DNA from: Thalassobaculaceae bacterium
Lineage (GTDB): Bacteria; Pseudomonadota; Alphaproteobacteria; Thalassobaculales; Thalassobaculaceae
Reading direction: 5' to 3'
NCBI GenBank assembly: GCA_965228875.1
Contig: OZ245843.1
Coordinates: forward strand, 4,818,616-4,882,615
DNA length: 64,000 nt
The first letter of the stretch is position 1. Each line of letters starts with the position of its first letter. The notes below the pieces were generated by a model. The model made no database searches, was not told where the DNA came from, and saw nothing but the letters and a program-made list of their open reading frames with translations. Below are positions 27,340-36,826 of the stretch, one piece after another. The translations under genes and the position numbers were made by a program.

Positions 27340-27578
27340 CGTGTCGCTCCCTCTGTTCGCCCGGGTGCGAAGCATCCCGCGGGTCCTGAGGAAGGCACTA
27401 AGCGGGGACGTCCCGGGTCGTGATGCCCGTGGCCGCCCCGAGGGCCCGATGGCAGGCGCCGGGACGACCGGCGTCTATGTCCGGGTATTGAAGGCCGGTT
27501 GCGGCGAGGGAGCAAGCCGATTCGCATCCGGCCCGGAGGTCGCCGCCCCGGTGTCGATCCTCGGCAGAGTGTCGGTTC

Positions 27579-28916
27579 TCAGCGGTCGGCCATTCGCTCG
27601 GCCGGCGGCATGGTCCGGCAGAGGACGACCGCCAGGGCGGACAGCGCCGCCAGGACCGCGATGGTCGCCGTGACGCCGGTGGCCTCGGCGACCAGGCCGA
27701 GCGCCATGAACACAAGGGCGACGATCCCCGCCGCGGTGTTGGAAAACGCGACATAGAGAGGCCGTTCCTCCTCCGGCGCACCGTCGGCGAGGTAGGTCTT
27801 GCGGCCCAGTCGCACCCCCGCTTCGGCCACGCCAAGGGCGAGGAAGAGGCCCGCGAAGCCGAAGGGCAGCAGACCGTCATCCAGCAGCGTCGGCAGGATC
27901 AGGGCTCCGGCCGCGACCGCGCAGCCGATCAGCGCGCTCAGGGTCATCACCTTTCGCGCCGAGCGGTCGGCCACCGCGCCCCAGAACGGACTGGAAACGA
28001 CGGCGGCGAGGCCGAGGGCGACCATGTAGAGACCGAGTCCGCTCATTTGCGCGTCGCCCTCGCGCTGCGCGTGCAGGACGTAGATCGGGGTCGCCACCTC
28101 CACCGAGAGCAGGGCGGCGCGGGCAAGCAGGAAGCGCCGGAAACCGGGAACCGTGCGGACCAGGATCAGGCCCCGACGGATCTCCTCGCCTGGGTCGCGA
28201 CCCTCGCCCGGATCGCTTTCGGCCTCGGGAATGGCGGCGAACAGGAGGGCGGCGGCGGCCCAGAGCAGGGCGGCGGCGCCGACGAGGGTCAGTACAAGGC
28301 CGAGGGAATCGAGACCGTGGATTCCGGTCGACAGCCACACGCCGGTCGCCAGCGTCAGGGCGCCACCGATCGCCGACCGGTTCGCCAGCATGCGGCCGCG
28401 CGCACCTTCTGGAATTGTCTTCGGCGTTACGTCCTGGAACACCACCGAGCCGCAGCCGCTGGCGATGCTGAACAGCAGCATCAGGCCGGCAAGGCTCCAC
28501 CCGGCGAGAACCGGCGGCAGGACGAGGGCCGCGATCGCCATGGCGACCAGCGCCGATGCCTGAACGAGGCCGGCGACGACCCAGACCCACTTCCGCCGGG
28601 GACGGGTGCGGATCCAGCCGGAGATCATGAGCTGCGGCAGCAGCGAACCGGCCTGTTTCGCCGGCATCAGAGTGGCCGCGATGCCCGCGGGTGCGGAGAT
28701 CGCGCCGAGCAGCCAGGGCAGGACGAGATCCGGCCCGGCGAGCTTCTCCGCCAGCTTGGTGCAGGCGCCATTGGCGACGTTCAGCAGGTATGCCCGCCGA
28801 GCGCCGGGGCTTTCGGCCAGTGTTTCCGCGGCGTCGCCGGCCAACACGGAGAGAAGCCGCGAGCGTTCGGCCGGGTCGGCGTTGGATTGGGATTCGACGG
28901 TCATGGCGTCAAACAT
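27579..28916 (-). CDS. MFS-type membrane transporter
   Basis: About 12 hydrophobic segments, GAVADRSAR motif; start at 28916 or 28904. Confidence 0.85.
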   Translation of the reverse strand: MFDAMTVESQSNADPAERSRLLSVLAGDAAETLAESPGARRAYLLNVANGACTKLAEKLAGPDLVLPWLLGAISAPAGIAATLMPAKQAGSLLPQLMISGWIRTRPRRKWVWVVAGLVQASALVAMAIAALVLPPVLAGWSLAGLMLLFSIASGCGSVVFQDVTPKTIPEGARGRMLANRSAIGGALTLATGVWLSTGIHGLDSLGLVLTLVGAAALLWAAAALLFAAIPEAESDPGEGRDPGEEIRRGLILVRTVPGFRRFLLARAALLSVEVATPIYVLHAQREGDAQMSGLGLYMVALGLAAVVSSPFWGAVADRSARKVMTLSALIGCAVAAGALILPTLLDDGLLPFGFAGLFLALGVAEAGVRLGRKTYLADGAPEEERPLYVAFSNTAAGIVALVFMALGLVAEATGVTATIAVLAALSALAVVLCRTMPPAERMADR

Positions 28917-29041
28917 GGAGCGATCGGGACGGAAGGCAAAGCGCGGCGCTCTCCGTCGGGGTCTCACCGCGAGTTGATTTGGCGTGCAGCCGCGTCCGCG
29001 CTAACTCAAGCTCCGGGAATTCACGATGGGAGTGCGCGACG

Positions 29042-30043
29042 ATGCTGATCAAACGGCCGAAGGGCTGGGAGCTGCCGGAGCGTCTCGCAACGCCCGAGGA
29101 TGCTTATCTGAACCGGCGGACGCTGCTGCGCGGCCTCGGTCTCGGGTCGATGCTGGTCGGTGCCGGTGCGCTTGCCGGCTGCGGCGAGGAGGCGGCAGCC
29201 GACAACGAGGCGGTGCAACTCGCCGAAGCACCGCCGGATCCGTCGGCCGGGCTCTATCCGGTCAAGCGCAATGCGCGCTACCAGGTCGACCGGGCGATCA
29301 CCGACGAAGATCTCGCCACGACCTATAACAACTTCTACGAGTTCGGGTCGTCGAAGAACATCTGGCGCGCCGCTCAGGACCTGCCGATCCGGCCCTGGAC
29401 CGTGACCCTCGACGGTATGGTCGAGCAGGAGCGGACGGTCGCCATCGACGATCTGCTGGCCGCCATGCCGCTGGAGGAGCGGGTCTACCGTCACCGCTGC
29501 GTCGAGGCCTGGTCGATGACCGTGCCGTGGTCCGGGTTCGCGTTGCGGGCGCTGGTCGACTATGCGCGTCCGCTGTCCTCGGCCAAGTACGTCGTGATGC
29601 AGACCTTCCAGAACGCCGACGTGGCGTCCGGACAGAAGCAGTACTGGTATCCCTGGCCGTATGTGGAAGGCCTCACCATCGAGGAGGCGACCAACGATCT
29701 CGCCTTCATCGCGACCGGTCTCTACGGCAAGCCGATTCCGAGGCAGAACGGCGCGCCCCTGCGGTTGGCGGCGCCGTGGAAGTACGGCTTCAAGTCGCTC
29801 AAGTCGATCGTCCGCTTCACGTTCACCGATACCCGCCCGGTCTCGTTCTGGGAGGAGTTGCAGGCGAGCGAGTATGGGTTCTGGGCCAACGTGAACCCGG
29901 AAGTCCCGCACCCCCGCTGGAGTCAGGCGACCGAGCGGGTCCTCGGCGCCAACGAGCGGGTCCCGACCTTGCTGTACAACGGCTACGGCGAGTTCGTCGC
30001 CGACCTCTATAAGGGTCTGGAGGGCGAGAGCCTGTATATGTGA
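29042..30043 (+). CDS. msrP: protein-methionine-sulfoxide reductase catalytic subunit
   Basis: Tat motif NRRTLL, YNNFYEFG, RHRCVEAWSM, QNGAPLRL..PWKYGFKS, YGFWANVNP.V.HPRWSQA. Confidence 0.96.
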   Translation: MLIKRPKGWELPERLATPEDAYLNRRTLLRGLGLGSMLVGAGALAGCGEEAAADNEAVQLAEAPPDPSAGLYPVKRNARYQVDRAITDEDLATTYNNFYEFGSSKNIWRAAQDLPIRPWTVTLDGMVEQERTVAIDDLLAAMPLEERVYRHRCVEAWSMTVPWSGFALRALVDYARPLSSAKYVVMQTFQNADVASGQKQYWYPWPYVEGLTIEEATNDLAFIATGLYGKPIPRQNGAPLRLAAPWKYGFKSLKSIVRFTFTDTRPVSFWEELQASEYGFWANVNPEVPHPRWSQATERVLGANERVPTLLYNGYGEFVADLYKGLEGESLYM

Positions 30044-30078
30044 TCCTCGCCGCCAACCAACTGGCGGGAGGAAGGTCC

Positions 30079-30828
30079 ATGGGCAGGCTAGACGGCAAGG
30101 TCGCGGTCATCACCGGGGCGGCGGCGGGCATCGGCAAGGCGTCGGCGGCGTTATTCGCGCGCGAAGGGGCGACGGTGGTCCTGGCCGACGTGAAGACGGA
30201 GCTTGGCGACGCGGCGGCGGCGTCTATCCGAGATGCGGGTGGGGCGGCCGAGTTCGTCACCACCGACGTCTCCCAGGAAGACGCCGTGCGCAACCTGATC
30301 GACGGCACGGTCGAGCGGCACGGTCGGATCGACGTTCTGTACAACAACGCCGGCGGCGCCACGCCGAAGGACGGCAAGGTGACCGACATGCCGCTGGACG
30401 AGTTCTGGCGCACCATCTCCGTCGACCTGTTCGGCCCGTTCCTCGGCTGCCGGTTCGCCATTCCGCACATGGCGAGGGCAGGCGGAGGGTCGATCATCAA
30501 CACCACCTCGATCCGGGCCCTGACCGGTACCGCCGGCGCCGACGCGTATTCCTCGGCCAAGGGCGGGGTGATCGCGCTGACCAAGGCGCTGGCGATGCAG
30601 TGGCACACCGCCGGGATCCGGGTGAACGCCATCGGCCCCGGCATGGTGTTGACCGAGCGGGTGGCGGCGATGCTCGATCCAGAGACCAATCCGATCGCCA
30701 TCAAATCGCTGATGGGGCCGATGCAGCCGGATGACATCGCCTATCTGGCGGTGTACTTGGCGAGCGACGAATCCGGACGCATCACCGGCGCGATTCTCCC
30801 GGCCGAGAGCGGGGCCAGCGCCCACTGA
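30079..30828 (+). CDS. SDR family oxidoreductase
   Basis: TGAAAGIG, LYNNAGG, YSSAKGG. Confidence 0.92.
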   Translation: MGRLDGKVAVITGAAAGIGKASAALFAREGATVVLADVKTELGDAAAASIRDAGGAAEFVTTDVSQEDAVRNLIDGTVERHGRIDVLYNNAGGATPKDGKVTDMPLDEFWRTISVDLFGPFLGCRFAIPHMARAGGGSIINTTSIRALTGTAGADAYSSAKGGVIALTKALAMQWHTAGIRVNAIGPGMVLTERVAAMLDPETNPIAIKSLMGPMQPDDIAYLAVYLASDESGRITGAILPAESGASAH

Positions 30829-30855
30829 CACCAAGGAACGGGGCGAACGCCTGCC

Positions 30856-31671
30856 ATGATCCTGCCCGCCATCGCATTTCCGGTGATCGATCCAGTCGCG
30901 CTCGCCATCGGCCCGTTCGCCATCCGCTGGTACGCGCTCGCCTACATCGCTGGCATTCTGATCGGCTGGAAGTACGCGGTGTGGCTGGCCCGTCGCCGCC
31001 CGGTGTTCTTCGAGGCGAAGCTGATCGACGATTTCGTCTTCTACGCCACGCTGGGCATCGTGATCGGCGGCCGGCTCGGCTACGTGATGTTCTACAATCC
31101 CGCTTACTACGCCGCGCACCCGCTCGAGGTGTTCATGGTCTGGCAGGGTGGCATGGCGTTCCATGGCGGCTTTCTCGGCGTTGTCGTCGCGACGGCGCTG
31201 TTCGCCCGCAAGGTCGGCGCACCGGTGCTGGCGGTCGGCGATCTGGTCGCCGCGGCCGCCCCGGTCGGCCTGTTCTTCGGGCGCATCGCCAATTTCATCA
31301 ATGGCGAGCTGTTCGGCCGGGCGGCACCCGACGTGCCCTGGGCCATGGCGTTCCCCAACGGCGGGCCGGTGCCGCGTCACCCCTCCCAGCTCTACGAGGC
31401 GGCGCTTGAGGGGGTGATCCTGTTCGTCGTGCTGCTCGTTCTCGCCCGTTCCGAGAGCATCCGACGGCGGCCGGGAATCATTGTCGGCGCGTTCCTGGTG
31501 GGGTATGGCCTGGCGCGGTCGATCTGCGAGTTCTTCCGCGAGCCGGACGTTCATCTCGGCTTCATCCTGCCCAACGTCACCATGGGCCAGATCCTCTGTC
31601 TGCCGATGATCGCCGTCGGGATCTGGGTGATCCGCTGGGCCGCACGGCAGGCACCGCTCGCCGACCGGTGA
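30856..31671 (+). CDS. lgt: prolipoprotein diacylglyceryl transferase
   Basis: IRWYALAY, GGRLGY, GGMAFHGG, GRIANFINGELFGR, HPSQLYEA, EFFREPD. Confidence 0.98.
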   Translation: MILPAIAFPVIDPVALAIGPFAIRWYALAYIAGILIGWKYAVWLARRRPVFFEAKLIDDFVFYATLGIVIGGRLGYVMFYNPAYYAAHPLEVFMVWQGGMAFHGGFLGVVVATALFARKVGAPVLAVGDLVAAAAPVGLFFGRIANFINGELFGRAAPDVPWAMAFPNGGPVPRHPSQLYEAALEGVILFVVLLVLARSESIRRRPGIIVGAFLVGYGLARSICEFFREPDVHLGFILPNVTMGQILCLPMIAVGIWVIRWAARQAPLADR

Positions 31672-32753
31672 GCCTGCTCGATCACCTGCGCCGCCGGGTC
31701 GCCGCCGAGGGTCCGCTGTCCGTCCAGGACGTGATGGCCGATGCGCTGACCCATCCGCGCTTCGGCTACTACGCCACCCGCGATCCGTTCGGTGCCGCCG
31801 GCGACTTCGTCACCGCGCCGGAGATCAGCCAGATGTTCGGCGAGTTGATCGGCCTGTGGGCCGCCATCGTCTGGCAGCAGATCGGCGCGCCGGAGCCGGT
31901 CCGGCTGGTGGAGCTCGGTCCCGGCCGCGGAACGCTGATGGCCGACGCGCTACGCGCCGCGGGGGCCGTGCCGGGGTTTCTCGACGCCGCTGATCTGCAC
32001 CTGATCGACGTCAGCCCGGCGCTGCGCGCGCTCCAGGCCGACCGGCTGTCGGCGTTTGATCCCCAGTGGCATGACGATCTTGCCGGCGTACCCGATGGAC
32101 CGGCGATCGTCGTCGCGAACGAGTTCTTCGACGCCCTGCCGATCGCCCAGCTCGTGCGGTCGCAGGCCGGCTGGCGTGAGCGGCGGCTCGCTTTCGATCC
32201 GGAGAACGGCGGTCCGCTGTGGACCCTGACTCCGGGGAACAGTCCGCTTGCGGCGCTGCTCGATCCGACGGTCCGCGCGACGGCGGAACCGGGCGAGATC
32301 GCCGAAGTGTCGCCGCCCTCGCTGTCGGTCGCCGATGCCTTGGCCCGCCGGATCGCGGAGCAGGGGGGCGCCGCCCTGGTGATCGACTACGGCCATTCGA
32401 AGAGCGGGGCAGGCGACACGCTGCAGGCGGTCAAGGCCCACGGATTCGCGGATGTGCTTGCGACGCTGGGGGAGGCGGACCTGACCGCCCATGTCGATTT
32501 CGCCGCCCTCGCCCGGGCGGTCGGACAGGCCAGCGGTGCCGCCTGGGGGCCGGTCACCCAGGGGGCTTTCCTCGCCACTCTGGGTATCGAGGCCCGGGCC
32601 GACCGGCTTTGCTCGGCGGCCTCGGCGGCACAGGCCCGCGACATCCGCGCCGCCATGGCCCGCTTGATCGACCCCCGGGAAATGGGCACCCTGTTCAAGG
32701 TCGCGGCCTGGACTGGGTCGGACGCATTCCCGCCGCCCGGGTTCGAGACCTGA
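31668..32753 (+). CDS. SAM-dependent methyltransferase, MidA/NDUFAF7 family
   Basis: GDFVTAPEISQMFGEL, VELGPGRGTL, ANEFFDALP, IDYG, DLTAHVDF, MGTLFKV. Confidence 0.94.
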   Translation: MSLLDHLRRRVAAEGPLSVQDVMADALTHPRFGYYATRDPFGAAGDFVTAPEISQMFGELIGLWAAIVWQQIGAPEPVRLVELGPGRGTLMADALRAAGAVPGFLDAADLHLIDVSPALRALQADRLSAFDPQWHDDLAGVPDGPAIVVANEFFDALPIAQLVRSQAGWRERRLAFDPENGGPLWTLTPGNSPLAALLDPTVRATAEPGEIAEVSPPSLSVADALARRIAEQGGAALVIDYGHSKSGAGDTLQAVKAHGFADVLATLGEADLTAHVDFAALARAVGQASGAAWGPVTQGAFLATLGIEARADRLCSAASAAQARDIRAAMARLIDPREMGTLFKVAAWTGSDAFPPPGFET

Positions 32754-32797
32754 CGTCCCGACCCGATACGACATCGGCCGATCGCGAGACACGGTTC

Positions 32798-33562
32798 TTG
32801 TTCCAGATCGACTCCTTCGACGAGAACGGCATAGGCCACGCGTTCTTCTCGCGTCGGGGTGGCGTCAGCCGCGGGCTCTATACCTCGCTGAACTGCGGTC
32901 ACGGATCCGGCGACGATCCCAAGGCGGTCGAGGCCAACCGGGCCCGTGCGGTCTCGGCACTGGACATGCCGCCCGGCACTCTGTTCACCAACCACCAGAT
33001 CCACTCCAGGCGGGTGGTCGTGATCGACGAGACGGCGGAACCCGACGACAAGCGCGAGGCCGACGGCCTGGTGACCAATCGTCCCGGCATCGTCCTTGGC
33101 GCGCTGGCGGCCGACTGCGCCCCGGTGCTGTTCGCGGCGCCGACCGAACGGGTGATCGGTGCCGCCCATGCGGGCTGGCGCGGGGCGCTGGACGGGGTGT
33201 GCGACGCGACGGTCGACGCGATGATCGAGTTCGGTGTCCGACCCGATGGCATCAAGGCGGCGATCGGCCCCTGTATCGGCATGGAGTCCTACGAGGTCGG
33301 ACCCGAGTTTCCGGCCCCCTTCCTCGAGCAGGATTCCGAGAACGGCCGCTTCTTCGAGAAGGCAGCGCGCGACGGACACTTCCTGTTTGACCTGCCGGGT
33401 TACCTCGTGCGACGGCTGTCGCGCCTGGGTCTTGGCGAGGTGCTTCGGATGGACGCCGATACCTGCCGGGACGAGGCGAATTTCTTTAGCTACCGCCGCT
33501 CGCGCCTTCGGGGTGAGCCGGACTACGGCCGACAGCTTGCCGCCATCACCCTCGGCGGGTGA
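32798..33562 (+). CDS. pgeF: peptidoglycan editing factor / YfiH-family purine nucleoside phosphorylase
   Basis: HAFFSRRGGVS, SLNCG, QIHS, ADCAPVL, AAHAGWRG, FFSYRR; TTG start inferred. Confidence 0.92.
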   Translation: MFQIDSFDENGIGHAFFSRRGGVSRGLYTSLNCGHGSGDDPKAVEANRARAVSALDMPPGTLFTNHQIHSRRVVVIDETAEPDDKREADGLVTNRPGIVLGALAADCAPVLFAAPTERVIGAAHAGWRGALDGVCDATVDAMIEFGVRPDGIKAAIGPCIGMESYEVGPEFPAPFLEQDSENGRFFEKAARDGHFLFDLPGYLVRRLSRLGLGEVLRMDADTCRDEANFFSYRRSRLRGEPDYGRQLAAITLGG

Positions 33563-33599
33563 CGGCCGGCCCCGCGACCGTCAGTCAGAGGGGGATACG

Positions 33600-34751
33600 A
33601 TGGCACTGCATTTCACCCGCGCCGAATTCGACGACCGCAAGGCCAAGACCCTGGCGTCGATGGCCGCCGCCGGCCTCGATGGCCTGCTGATGTTCCGCCA
33701 GGAGAGCATGTTCTGGCTGACCGGCTACGACACCTTCGGCTTCTGCTTCTTCCAGTGCCTCTATCTCGGTGGCGACGGCAGGGTCGTGCTGCTCACCCGC
33801 GCGCCGGACCTGCGTCAGGCGCAGAACACCTCGACCATCGAGGACATCCGCATCTGGGTCGACCGCGACGGGGCGACGCCGGCCGACGACCTGCGGGACC
33901 TGCTGGACGAGGTGGGCGCGCGCGGGCGCCGGCTCGGGGTGGAGTACGACGCCTATGGCCTGAACGCGCGCAACGGCAAACGCCTGGATGCGGCGCTGGA
34001 CGGGTTCGCCGCCCTTGAGGACGCGTCCGAACTGGTTTCCCTGCTGCGGCTGGTGAAGTCGCCGGCCGAGCTCGACTATGTCCGCCGGGCCGGCTTGCTG
34101 GCCGACGAAGCCCTGAAGGAAGCGCACCGGTTGACCGGACCCGGGGTCGAGGAGGGCGAGATCCTGGCCGCCATGCAGGGGGCGGTGTTCAAGGGCGGCG
34201 GGGACTACCCGGGCAACGAGTTCATCATCGGCAGCGGCGGCGACGCCCTGCTGTGCCGCTACTTCTCCGGCCGTAAGACACTGGCCGCACAGGACCAACT
34301 CACTTTGGAGTTCGCCGGGGCCTACCGGCACTACCACGCCTGTCTGATGCGCACGATTCCGGTCGGACCGGTGCCCGATCACCAGGTCCACATGTTCAAT
34401 GCCTGCGCCGAGGCGCTGGAGGCGTGCAAGGCGGCGCTGCGACCCGGCCGGCCGATCGGTGGGGTGTTCGACGCCCATGCTCGGGTGATGGACGCCAACG
34501 GTCTGCGCCACGCCCGGCTCAACGCCTGCGGCTACTCGCTGGGGGCGGTGTTCGCGCCGATCTGGATGGACTACCCGATGTTCTATCACGGCAATCCGGT
34601 GGAGGCGGCGCCCGGCATGGTGTTCTTCCTGCACATGATCCTGATGGACAGCGAGGCCGGGCTCGCGATGACCCTGGGCGAGACCGTGATCGTCACCGAC
34701 GGCGCGCCTGAGCGACTGTCGGCGATGCCGCTGGATCTGGTCTGCCGCTGA
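33600..34751 (+). CDS. M24-fold (creatinase/Xaa-Pro peptidase family) hydrolase
   Basis: Creatinase N-domain (WLTGY), RLVKSPAEL, LEFAGAYRHYHACLMRT, GYSLG, LGETV. Confidence 0.88.
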   Translation: MALHFTRAEFDDRKAKTLASMAAAGLDGLLMFRQESMFWLTGYDTFGFCFFQCLYLGGDGRVVLLTRAPDLRQAQNTSTIEDIRIWVDRDGATPADDLRDLLDEVGARGRRLGVEYDAYGLNARNGKRLDAALDGFAALEDASELVSLLRLVKSPAELDYVRRAGLLADEALKEAHRLTGPGVEEGEILAAMQGAVFKGGGDYPGNEFIIGSGGDALLCRYFSGRKTLAAQDQLTLEFAGAYRHYHACLMRTIPVGPVPDHQVHMFNACAEALEACKAALRPGRPIGGVFDAHARVMDANGLRHARLNACGYSLGAVFAPIWMDYPMFYHGNPVEAAPGMVFFLHMILMDSEAGLAMTLGETVIVTDGAPERLSAMPLDLVCR

Positions 34752-34799
34752 GGTCGGTTTGGGCTGGTCAAACAAGGTATCCGGCGGCATATCACGGCC

Positions 34800-34868
34800 A
34801 TGCCGCACCTCTGGATCTTTCTCGGCTTCCTGTTCCTCGGCCTCATGGTGAGCTGCGTCGTAGGATGA
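34800..34868 (+). CDS. putative 22-aa hydrophobic small protein MPHLWIFLGFLFLGLMVSCVVG
   Basis: Mostly G/C-ending codons like neighbouring genes, one TM-length hydrophobic stretch, TGA overlaps the next ATG, promoter-like TGGTCA-N17-CATATC directly upstream. Confidence 0.55.
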   Translation: MPHLWIFLGFLFLGLMVSCVVG

Positions 34869-35695
34869 CAGCGCGTTCGCTCCTCCTGCTGCTGACCGTG
34901 GCCGCGGTCCTGGCGGGCTGCGGTCAACTCCCCCAGCCCTTCGCCAAGGACCGGGCCAACCTTGCCAACGCGCCGTTCCTGATCGCGCCGGCGACCGAGG
35001 GGGTCATCGTCTGGCCCATGGTCGGCGTCCCGGGCGACATTGCCGATACGGTCGCGGACATGACCGTCGATGCCTTGCGGGAGCGTGGCGTCGCCGCCAG
35101 CCAGACGACCTCGAACCGGGCGAGCCTGATTCTGACCACGGCGGGCGAGCGGCTGGCGAACGGGGCGTTGCGCGTGACGTGGACGCTGAGCCGACCCGAC
35201 GGCGCGATCGTCGGCACGCGGGTCGACGCGATCGCCGACGATGCGCGTTTCGAAGAGGCGGTGACCCAGGTCGCCCGCTGGATCGTGCCCAACGCAAAGC
35301 CGGACGGCGCGGACTCCGAGGAGCGGCTGAGCATCGCCGTCTACGAGGTCGCCGGTGCGCCCGGCAACGGCAACAACCTGCTGCGCCGGGCCATGGCCTT
35401 CGCCCTGGAGCGCGCGGAGGCAGACGTGACCGACTTTCCGCCGCCGGAGGGGTTCGTCGTTCAGGGCGATGTCGCGATCGAGCGCCAGGATACCGGCGGC
35501 GACCTGGTCACGGTTTCCTGGGTGGTGATGGACGCCAAGGGCCGCGAACTGGGGACGATTGATCAATCGAATCAGGTCCCGCCGGGCTATCTCGACAGCA
35601 ACTGGGGGCCGGTGGCAGCGCCGATCGCCAAGGCGGCGGTGGACGGTGTGGTGGCGCTCATTCGACGGCACCAGGAAGCACTGGCGGCGCGATAG
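34865..35695 (+). CDS. putative lipoprotein of unknown function
   Basis: Lipobox VLAGC followed by PQPF; two repeated alpha/beta domains; GAPGNGN and QSNQVP.G.LD..WG motifs. Confidence 0.8.
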   Translation: MTARSLLLLLTVAAVLAGCGQLPQPFAKDRANLANAPFLIAPATEGVIVWPMVGVPGDIADTVADMTVDALRERGVAASQTTSNRASLILTTAGERLANGALRVTWTLSRPDGAIVGTRVDAIADDARFEEAVTQVARWIVPNAKPDGADSEERLSIAVYEVAGAPGNGNNLLRRAMAFALERAEADVTDFPPPEGFVVQGDVAIERQDTGGDLVTVSWVVMDAKGRELGTIDQSNQVPPGYLDSNWGPVAAPIAKAAVDGVVALIRRHQEALAAR

Positions 35696-35721
35696 GTCTC
35701 GTCGCCAGTTTCGGTTGATGT

Positions 35722-35796
35722 TGCAGTGCACAAAAATCATTTGACTCCACCGGGGCGCGACGCCATTTAACTAAGCGTGTTTTGTGCAGCGCAGCA
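35722..35796 (+). promoter_or_regulatory. phasin promoter flanked by two PhaR-type boxes
   Basis: TGCAGTGCACAA (35722-35733) and TGCAGCGCAGCA (35785-35796) bracket TTGACT-N17-CATTTA. Confidence 0.7.
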
Positions 35797-35851
35797 AAGA
35801 CTGCGTCGGTCGGACGCGATGGTCGTTCGCCGCGACAAGAGGAGAGTGGAA

Positions 35852-36280
35852 ATGGCCGAGTTCAAGAATCCCTTCATGGACTTCGACGTTCAGAAGATCA
35901 TGGGCGAGTTCAAGGTTCCGAACGTGGACGTCGACGGCATCGTCGCGGCTCACAAGAAGAACTTCGACGCCATCGCCCAGGCGAATCAGATTGCCGCTGA
36001 AGGCATGCAGGCGATCATGAAGCGCCAGAGCGAGATCGCCCAGTCGGCGATCGCCGAGGTTCAGTCCAACCTGCAGGCCATGGCCACCCAGGGCGCGCCG
36101 GAGCAGAAGCTGGCGCAGCAGGCCGACATCGCCAAGTCGACCCTCGAGCAGGCGCTGGCCAACCTGAAGGAGCTTCAGGAGATGGTCGCGAAGTCGAATG
36201 CCGAGGCGTCGGACATCATCAACAAGCGCATCATGGAGTCTCTCGACGAGGTGAAGACCGCGATCGAGAAGACGAAGTAA
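35852..36280 (+). CDS. phaP: phasin (PHA granule-associated protein)
   Basis: NPFMDFDVQK..FKVPNVD....KKNFDAIAQANQ...EGMQAIMKRQ...EASDIINKRI.ESLDE; GAGGAG RBS. Confidence 0.9.
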   Translation: MAEFKNPFMDFDVQKIMGEFKVPNVDVDGIVAAHKKNFDAIAQANQIAAEGMQAIMKRQSEIAQSAIAEVQSNLQAMATQGAPEQKLAQQADIAKSTLEQALANLKELQEMVAKSNAEASDIINKRIMESLDEVKTAIEKTK

Positions 36281-36324
36281 GCAGCGACGGATACTCAAGC
36301 CTCTCCCGAGTGAGGCGCGAGGTC

Positions 36325-36358
36325 GAGGGGCCGTCCGGGTAACCGGGCGGCCCTTCTT
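36325..36358 (+). terminator. terminator after phasin
   Basis: GGGGCCGTCCGG-GTAA-CCGGGCGGCCCT followed by TCTT. Confidence 0.65.
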
Positions 36359-36451
36359 CGTGTCCAGGGGCTCGGACCGTCGTGCCCGGTTGCCGCGACC
36401 GGCCGTTGCATGCTACGCGCCGGACAGGATACGGGAACCGGCGAGGCACAG

Positions 36452-36805
36452 ATGGCGGACCAGAAGGCGGACGAGATCACCTTCGACGACTTCATGAAAG
36501 TCGACATTCGGGTCGGCACGGTCGTGGACGCACAGCCGTTTCCCGAGGCGCGCAAGCCGGCGATCAAGCTATGGATCGATTTCGGCCCCGAAATCGGGGT
36601 GAAGAAGACCTCGGCCCAGATCACCGTGCACTACGCGCCCGAGACCCTGGTGGGCCGGCAGGTCGCCGCCGTGGTCAATTTTCCGCCACGTCAGATCGGC
36701 CCGTTCATGAGCGAGGTCCTCACCCTCGGCTTCCAGGACGAGGGCGGCGCGGTGGTGCTGGTCGCTCCGACAACCAAGGTTCCTGACGGCGGCCGGCTGC
36801 ACTGA
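36452..36805 (+). CDS. csaA: CsaA-family tRNA-binding / chaperone protein
   Basis: FDDFMKVDIRVGT, ARKPAIKL.IDFG, SAQIT, VVNFPPRQIGPFMSEVLTLG. Confidence 0.93.
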   Translation: MADQKADEITFDDFMKVDIRVGTVVDAQPFPEARKPAIKLWIDFGPEIGVKKTSAQITVHYAPETLVGRQVAAVVNFPPRQIGPFMSEVLTLGFQDEGGAVVLVAPTTKVPDGGRLH

Positions 36806-36826
36806 AGCAGCGGCCGCTCGAAGGCC

